From NCBI GenBank assembly GCA_002269645.1, contig NIVC01001234.1, positions 160,872 to 224,871 of the forward strand: a stretch of 64,000 bases of DNA, written 5' to 3'. Below, piece by piece: positions 56,301 to 64,000 of this stretch. Position numbers and translations under genes: made by a program. The notes below the pieces were generated by a model. That model was given only the letters and a program-made list of their open reading frames with translations, did no database searches and had not been told where the DNA came from. Origin of the DNA: Macrostomum lignano (taxonomy: Eukaryota). How positions within the stretch are numbered: the first letter of the stretch is position 1; each line of letters opens with the position of its first letter.

Positions 56301-56650
56301 GCCAGAAGTGCAAGCTGTTCTACATGGCCGCCGGCGAGGCCAAGCAGTGGAAGGAGAAGGGCGTCGGCTGCGTGCACGTCAAGCCGGCGGAGGCGGAGGG
56401 CGGCAGCCGGGCGCAGTTGATCGTGCGGGCGGACAACACCCTGGGCACCATCATGCTCAACACTCTGGTTACTAAGGACATGAAGCTGTCGGTTGCTAAG
56501 AACAATCTCAGTTTGGCTTGTCCGCCGAATCCGCCAATGCCGAAGTCGGCCAATGACGACCGGCGCATTGTGCCGTTCCTGGTCCGGCTGAAGACCGAGG
56601 CCGACGCCAAGGAGCTGCTGGCCAAGATTGACGGGCTGAGGGAGGCCTGA
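53311..56650 (+). CDS. NUP50: Nucleoporin Nup50. Exons 53311-53379, 54160-54243, 55363-56650 (two apparent 1-bp deletions near 55656 and 56220)
   Basis: N-terminus MSKRNPTSELNHENWDQEDEKED|AGRFKTASQDVLKGREIRVAKRR; FG/FxF repeats; LKALNQSVLRWIQSHV...VFRDYERHLA; C-terminal Ran-binding domain EDGAVFSQKCKLFY..WKEKGVGCVHVKP..LIVRADNTLGTIMLN. Confidence 0.9.
53525..54045. repeat. CT-rich minisatellite in Nup50 intron 1
   Basis: Imperfect CTCTCTGCCCCTATCCACTCC units. Confidence 0.85.
54340..55200. repeat. 15-16 bp minisatellite GGGA(C/T)TGTGAAGAT(T/C) in Nup50 intron 2
   Basis: Dozens of tandem variants; source of spurious ORF 54337-55827. Confidence 0.9.
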
Positions 56651-57989
56651 GCCGGACTGCTCAAATATATGCACTATAGGATATGCTAACCCGATAGAAA
56701 CGCATGGTGATTTTGTGGCGCTTAGCTCCTTAACCCTGATGACGCAATCGATTTAGTCGTTTAGCTATCCTGGGGGTCTCTTGCCCCCTCCCCCCACTGC
56801 GCTGCCTGATTGAGTTAAATTGGTTGCAACCAAGGACTACTTAACAACAAGTCTCAGAAAGTTGGCTTGATACATTTGGTTTTACTTACGTTTTAGAAGT
56901 ACAGTGAGTACTTCTACTGAAAATGCCCAGCAAATGTTCCACTTTGGTAGCCGAAAAATTCATTACGTTTAGTTCGATTCTCTGCATGAATTCATAATCT
57001 GCTTATGAATTACTTATAATTACTTCCTTAGCAACGGAAATTTTCTATTGTTATTCATGAGTATTAACTGTTGCTATGGGCTTGGCTTAATGATTCGAAA
57101 CTTTATACATTGAAAGTTGTTCGCCAATTTCAAGCTGTTTATTATTATGATAGGAAATTCGATAGAAAATGATGATAATCCAGCCAGTTCTTTGGTCCAG
57201 CATTTCCTTTGTTCGCAATATCCGGTTCGCTGTCTGTTTTGATAACATATTGCTTTTTTAATTCGAACATGTGTACCTGATACTCTCTTGCGTTTGTTGC
57301 CATTTAGTTATGAATTTGACAATTTGTGTTAGTCTTGTCATCCAATATTGACCTTCAACACCATTTCTGTCTCGCATTCGTGTCAAACTTCGCTCTTATG
57401 TTCAATTATTATAACTACAGCTCGACATGTATGCCGCTTGGAAATGGAAGTTAAAGTTAATCAAATAAAAGTTTTTTTCTCGACAAAATTTTGACCACGG
57501 GGTTGTCTTGCAATTCACACCCATCAGGGCGGATCCTCACGACACAGAGAGTGTACATGTTTGACGATTAGAAAGCCAGGCAAGCTTTTTTGCCTCAAGG
57601 GCCAGATAGAGAATCTAGCGGGCAAGAGGAGGGCGGAGACAGAGGGAATGAAGGAGAAGAGGGATGAAATAGGAGAGAGGAGGGAAGACAAATGATAGGA
57701 GAGTAAGGAGAAGAGAGGAGACGAAAAGAGAAGAGAAGAGGGAAGAAATAGGAGAGAGGAGGGAAGACAAAGGATAGGAGAGTAAGGAGAGAAAATAGAA
57801 GAGATTAGAGAGAAGAGCTGAGAAGAGACAAACCTTGAGCAGGCCAGATTGCTATTGTGAAGTTTGAAAGGACCAGAGGATGAATCTTTTAGGCTGTAAG
57901 TGTTTTAGCTTCTGTCTCATTGCCATAGGATATTTCTGCTGTTGAAATGAAAGTATAAATGAAATATCCATAAATTTCATTGGCTGCCT

Positions 57990-60900
57990 GCCAAGGCAAC
58001 TGAGGCCTGCGGCGGCAACCCGACGGAGTTCGCCGACCTGCTCAGCTCGGCGCGTCTGCTCAGGGCCATACGCGACGAGCTCGGCTATGCGCGCCCCGGC
58101 GCTATTCAGGCGCGCTGCATCTCTCTGGCGCTGTCTGGCGCCGATCTGCTATGCCAGGCGCCGTCCGGCAGCGGCAAGTCAACCGCCTGCGCTGTGGCCG
58201 TCACCCAGCGATTGCTGACGCTGATTGATGAAGCCAAAAGGCTCAGCCCAGCCTCCGCTGATTTGGAGGGGAATTCTGTCGCCACTCGCGCTCTGGTGCT
58301 CTGTCACAGTCGGGAGCTGGCTGTGCAGACTGTCCGACAGCTGCGCTGCCTCTCCTCTCGCTGTCCGGGACGTCGGCCGCGAGTTGCCGAATTCCTCGGT
58401 GGCGCTCCGGGCAGGTAGCTGGCTGATTGAGTTATTTGGGCTTCTTGAGTGAGATGCTACGGATGTCTTCAGATTGTTTATTGGCGCTTTAGAAGGCTGT
58501 ATAAGATAGCTGAATGCTTAAAAGTGTACCGCGATGCTGCAAAACTCGACTGGATGCCTTAAAACTCTGCTGAATGCTTGGAAACTCATCTCAATGCTTG
58601 GAAACTCAGCTGGATGCTTGGAAACTCATCATGATGCTTGGGAACTCAACTGGATGCTTGGAAACTCATCCGATGCTTCGAAACTCAACTGGATGCTTGG
58701 AAACTCAGCTGGATGCTTGGAAACTCATCTCAATGCTTGGGAACTCATCTTAATGCTTGGAAACTCATCTTAATGCTTGGAAACTCATCTTAATGCTTGG
58801 GAACTCAACTGGATGCTTGGAAACTCATCTCAATGCTTGGAAACTCATCTTAATGCTTGGAAACTTATCTCAATGCTTGGAAACTCAGCTGGATGCTTGA
58901 GAAACTCATCTCAATGCTTGGAAACTCATCTCAATGCTTGGAACTCATCTCAATGCTTGGAACTCATCTCAATGCTTGGAACTCATCTCAATGCTTGGGA
59001 ACTCAGCTGGATGCTTGGAACTCATCTCAATGCTTGGGAACTCAGCTGGATGCTTGGAACTCATCTCAATGCTTGGGAACTCATTTTAATGCTTGGAAAC
59101 TTATCCCAATGCTTGGAAACTCAGCTGGATGCTTGAGAAACTCATCTCAATGCTTGGAAACTCAGCTGGATGCTTGAGAAACTCATCTCAATGCTTGGAA
59201 ACTCATCTCAATGCTTGGAACTCATCTCAATGCTTGGAACTCATCTCAATGCTTGGGAACTCAGCTGGATGCTTGGAACTCATCTCAATGCTTGGGAACT
59301 CAGCTTGGAACTCATCTCAATGCTTGGAACTCATCTCAATGCTTGGGAACTCATTTTCTTGGAAACTCCCAATGCTTGGAAACTCAGCTGGATGCTTGAG
59401 AAACTCATCTCAATGCTTGGAAACTCATCTCAATGCTTGGAAACTCATCTCAATGCTTGGAAACTCATCTCAATGCTTGGAAACTCATCTCAATGCTTGG
59501 AAACTCATCTCAATGCTTGGAAACTCATCTCAATGCTTGGAAACTCATCTTAATGCTTGGAAACTCATTTTAATGCTTGGAAACTCATCTCAATGCTTGG
59601 AAACTCATCTTAATGCTTGGAAAACCATTTTAATGCTTGGAAACTCAGCTGGATGCTTGAGAAACTCATCTCAATGCTTGGAACTCAACTGGATGCTTGG
59701 AAACCATCCGAACTGCTTGGAAACTCAGCTGGATGCTTGGAAACTCATCTCAATGCTTGGGAACTCATCTCAATGCTTGGAAACTCATCTTAATGCTTGA
59801 AACTCATCTTAATGCTTGGAAACTCATCTCAATGCTTGGAAACTCATCTCAATGCTTGGAAACTCATCTTTAATGCTTGGAAACTCATCTTAATGCTTGG
59901 AAACTCATCTCAATGCTTGGAAACTCATCTCAATGCTTGGAAACTCATGGAATGCTTGGAAACTCATCTTAATGCTTGGAAACTCATCTTAATGCTTGGA
60001 AACTCATCTTAATGCTTGAAACTCAGCTGGATGCTTGAGAAACTCATCTTCAATGCTTGGAACTTAGCTGGATGCTTGGAACTCATCTCAATGCTTGGGA
60101 ACTTAGCTGGATGCTTGGAACTTAGCTGGATGCTTGGAACTCATCTCAATGCTTCGAACTCATCTCAATGCTTCGAACTCATCTCAATGCTTGGGAACTC
60201 AGCTGGATGCTTGGAACTCATCTCAATGCTTGGGAACTTAGCTGGATGCTTGGAACTCATCTCAATGCTTGGAACTCATCTCAATGCTTGGGAACTCATC
60301 TCAATGCTTGGGAACTTAGCTGGATGCTTGGAACTCATCTCAATGCTTGGGAACTTAGCTGGATGCTTGGAACTCATCTCAATGCTTGGAACTCATCTCA
60401 ATGCTTGGGAACTTAGCTGGATGCTTGGAACTCATCTCAATGCTTCGAACTCATCTCAATGCTTGGGAACTCAGCTGGATGCTTGGAACTCATCTCAATG
60501 CTTGGGAACTCAGCTGGATGCTTGGAACTCATCTCAATGCTTCGAACTCATCTCATTGCTTGGGAACTCAGCTGGATGCTTGGAACTCATCTCAATGCTT
60601 GGGAACTCAGCTGGATGCTTGGAACTCATCTCAATTCTGGGAAACTCTGTGTTTTGCTGTGTCAAAAGGTACCTGAAGGCTCGGAAAGGTACTTGATATG
60701 CAAAGTATGCAGGCTTGGTTTACGCATCTCAGACATGCAATTGAGACGATGCACTCCCATCGCTTTTTTCATCAAGACGAGACGCTGCCGCTGCTGCCTC
60801 CCGGCCGGACATCGCAGTCGGCTCGCCTGGCCGCCTGCTGGACTTGGCACGCCGGGGTCACCTGCGCACCGACCAGCTGCGAATTGTTATGCTGGACGAC

Positions 60901-62879
60901 TGCGACCAGCTGCTGCTGCGCGATGAGGCGGTGCAGGCGCTGCTGCTGGCACCACCGATCGGCAGGTTCTCATGTGCTGCACCACCATCAGTGCGGCTGT
61001 GAGTGCCGGGCCTGACAGACAGACTGACTGACTGACTGACTGACTGACTGACTGACTGACTGACTGACTGATGACTGACTGACTGACTGACTGACTGACT
61101 GACTGACTGACTGACTGACTGACTGACTGACTGACTGACTGACTGACTGACTGACTGACTGACTGACTGACTGACTGACTGACTGACTGACTGACTGACT
61201 GACTGACTGGACTGACTGACTGACTGACTGACTGACTGACTGACTGACTGACTGACTGACTGACTGACTGACTGACTGACTGACTGACTGACTGACTGAC
61301 TGACTGACTGACTGACTGACTGACTGACTGACTGACTGACTGACTGACTGACTGACTGACTGACTGACTGACTGACTGACTGACTGACTGACTGACTGAC
61401 TGACAGACACCGAGACAGACACAAACACACAGTAAGCCACACAGGCAGGTAATACTTATATTTCCTAAACCTCACAGATGCGGCAGCAGTGCCTGGAGCT
61501 GATGCAGAATCCGCATGAGCTGTGCCTGAGCGATGAGGCTCAGCTGGCTCCGCACAGCCTCCTGCAGTATCGCGTGCCGATTGCAGACTGCGGCTACAGA
61601 GCTAAGAATGCTCGGCTGCTGAAGCTGTTGCGAGTTCTCGAGTTTGAACAGGTGCACCTGGCTTTAGTGATAATCTGGGGAGTTGGCATTCTGCCTACTT
61701 CTAATCGTGGTGACTCATTTCATTGAGCCACTGCAAACCTCCGCAGGCAATCGTATTTGTCAATTCCCGCGCCAGTGCGACAATCTGGAGAAATTCCTGA
61801 AATCTCGCGGCCTGTCAGCGCTGGCGGCGCACGGGGACCTGTGCCAGGCCAGCCGGATGGAGAACTACCGGCTGTTCAGGAATTGCAAGCGGCGCATTCT
61901 AATCAGCACGGATTTGTACGCCTTTGGTCTGCAGTTTCAACGGGTCGGCGTAGTTATTAACTACTGTCTGCCTGCGGACCCGGGTCTCTACCTGTACAGG
62001 GTGAGCAGTTAGAGAATTTTGAAAGTCAGCTAGTCTGTCACATTCTTAGAATAGCCATTAATAGATTATTCTCAGCACTTCATTCAAAGCATATTTAGAA
62101 TCACACTTTAACCAGCTTTAGACTCGCCCTTGAATCATTCTTAGAATCGCTCTTAAACCATTTTTAGAATCGCTCTTAAACTGTTTCTTAGAATCTCCCT
62201 TAAACCTTCTTAGAATCTCCGTAAAACCTTTTTTAGAATCGCCCTCAAACCCTTTCTTAGAATCTCCCTGAAACCCTTTCTTAGAATTGCCCTCAAACCC
62301 TTTCTTGGAATTGTCATTAAACCCTTTCCTAGAATCGCCCTCAAACCCTTTCTTAGAATCACCATTAAACCCTTTCTTAGACTCGCCCTCAAACCCTTTC
62401 TTTGAATCGCCTTTAAAACCCTTTCTTAGAATCGCCCTTAAATTGTTTTTAAATCGCCTTTAGATAATTCTTAGGATCGCACGTAAAAAAATCTTAGAAT
62501 CGTCATTAAATAATTCTCAGCACTTCATTCAAGGCATTTTTAGAATCGCTCTAAAACTGTTTCTAGAATCGACCATTAACCATATTCTTAGAATCGACCT
62601 TAAAAAATTATAGACTCGCCCTTAAACGAGCTTTGAGAATCAGATGCTCACAAACACCAATAGCTTTCTCAACTTTTTTATTCACAGATCGGCCGTGCTG
62701 CACACTTCGGAAGCCGCGGACTCGCCCTGACGCTGCAGGAGCCGGACTCGGAGGCGCATGTGTTGAATGAGGCGGAGTCCAGATTCTGTATGCAAATAGC
62801 GCACCTGCCCGCCACAGTTCACGTATGCGACTATTTGCCGCCTGCTGCGGTGGAGACGCCCAGCCACGCACTGGAGTGA
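57990..62879 (+). CDS. UAP56/DDX39-like DExD-box protein with degenerate motifs. Exons ~57990-58414, 60777-60998, 61478-61651, 61747-62000, 62688-62879; start not resolved; two apparent 1-bp deletions (~60955, ~61767)
   Basis: Collinear with UAP56: LLRAIRDELGYARPGAIQ, LLCQAPSGSGKS, LVLCHSRELA, FLGG, IAVGSPGRLL, MLDDCDQL, LMQNPHEL..DEAQL..LLQY, LLRVLEFEQAIVFV, RRILISTDLYAFG, YLYRIGRAAHFGSRGLALT. Confidence 0.85.
58560..60640. repeat. 2-kb 19-20 bp minisatellite (ATGCTTGG(A/G)AACTCATCTCA with CAGCTGG variant) in helicase intron 1
   Basis: About 100 tandem units of two interspersed variants. Confidence 0.95.
61018..61404. repeat. (GACT)n microsatellite in helicase intron 2
   Basis: Direct reading. 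Confidence 0.97.
62070..62630. repeat. ~24-bp minisatellite TTCTTAGAATCGCCCTCAAACCCT in helicase intron 4
   Basis: Imperfect tandem units. Confidence 0.85.
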
Positions 62880-62964
62880 TTTTCTTTGCTGTGGAGCCGA
62901 ATCGGCTGCTGATGAAGCTGTGGTTGATGACGAATATCAGGATGCTGAATAGACTGACCGCTTA

Positions 62965-63450
62965 CCGCGATCTCAAAGAATGAGCACTCAGATCTCAAAG
63001 AATGAGCACTGAGATCTCAAAAGATTGAGCACCCAGATCTCAAGGATGAGCCACCAAGATCTCAAAGGATGAGCACCCAGATCTCAAAGAATGAGCACTC
63101 AGATCTCAAAGGATGAGCACCCAAATCTCAAGGAATGACCACCAGATCTCAAGGAATGAGCACTCAGATCTCAAAGAATGAGCACTCAGATCTCAAGGAT
63201 GAGCAGCAAGATCTCAAAGGATGAGCACCCAGATCTCAAAGAATGAGCACTCAGATCTCAAAGGATGAGCACCCAAATCTCAAGGAATGAGCACTCAGAT
63301 CTCAAAGAATGAGCACTCAGATCTCAAGGAATGAGCCACCCAGATCTCAAGGAATGAGCACCCATATCTCAAAGGATGAGCACCAGATCTCAAGGAATGA
63401 GCACCCAGATCTCAAGGAATAAGCACCCAGATCTCAAAGAATGAGCCACC
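62965..63450. repeat. ~22-bp minisatellite GAGCAC(T/C)CAGATCTCAA(A/G)GAAT
   Basis: Tandem units downstream of the helicase stop. Confidence 0.9.
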
Positions 63451-63799
63451 TAGGTCTTAACGGATCAGTACCCGACTTTCTTTGCTAAGCTTCTGCAATA
63501 TCAGTCTCAATTCGCCTTATTGCATGCTTACCATATTCACTGTAGTGACTCTCTGATGCATAAAAAACGGCTGTGATAATTCAATTTTTACACACTTATC
63601 TTCTATTGTAGTTCTATCTTCTTTTTACAATCCATAGTTGTGACTACTTGAGTAACTTTATATGCATATATATCTGATACATAAATAATGGATTTTATGA
63701 TCTGAAATGCAACTTTGTTTACTTTGCTTTTTGCGTGTTTTTGGCTTCAATCAAAATAGCTAAATAAGTCAGCTAGAAACAAATTAGATTGCAGCTAGC

Positions 63800-64000
63800 T
63801 GCTAAATAGTTCGGCAGATAGATGCTAATTAGTTGGCAGATAGATGCCTAAATTAGGTGGCAGATAGATGCTAATTGTTTGGCAGATAGATGCTAATTAG
63901 GTGACGCTGGATGCTAATTGTGGCAGATAGATTGCCGCTAATTAGGTGACAGTCTGGATTCTAATTAGGTGGCAGATAGATGCTAATTAGGTGACAGCTG
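63800..64000. repeat. ~22-bp minisatellite GCAGATAGATGCTAATTAGGTG, running off the window
   Basis: Imperfect tandem units. Confidence 0.8.

Overview
Intron-rich, repeat-rich eukaryotic (animal) genomic DNA, not prokaryotic; a flatworm or other lophotrochozoan is my guess from gene style only. Host genes: two convergent, divergent ionotropic glutamate receptor/IR-like paralogs (1-3688 +, 5305-~16347 -), a dead ringer/ARID3 gene (23630-33355 +), a two-exon secreted six-cysteine defensin-like peptide gene (34676-35015 +), Nup50 (53311-56650 +) and a UAP56/DDX39-like helicase with degenerate catalytic motifs (~57990-62879 +). Mobile DNA: a young full-length Ty3/Gypsy LTR element (35259-45749 -; near-identical LTRs, ATAG TSD, tRNA-Leu PBS, PPT, GGGAAAC -1 frameshift site) that carries an extra non-env ORF3 and, once a nested RTE LINE is removed in silico, a small hydrophobic ORF near the PPT; a decayed Gypsy in a receptor intron; three copies of a tRNA/CORE-like SINE; and a nested hAT-like > fold-back > MULE-like MITE stack. 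Most long introns hold their own minisatellite. Several genes show isolated 1-bp frameshifts that look like assembly errors. All calls are by eye; no database searches were run.
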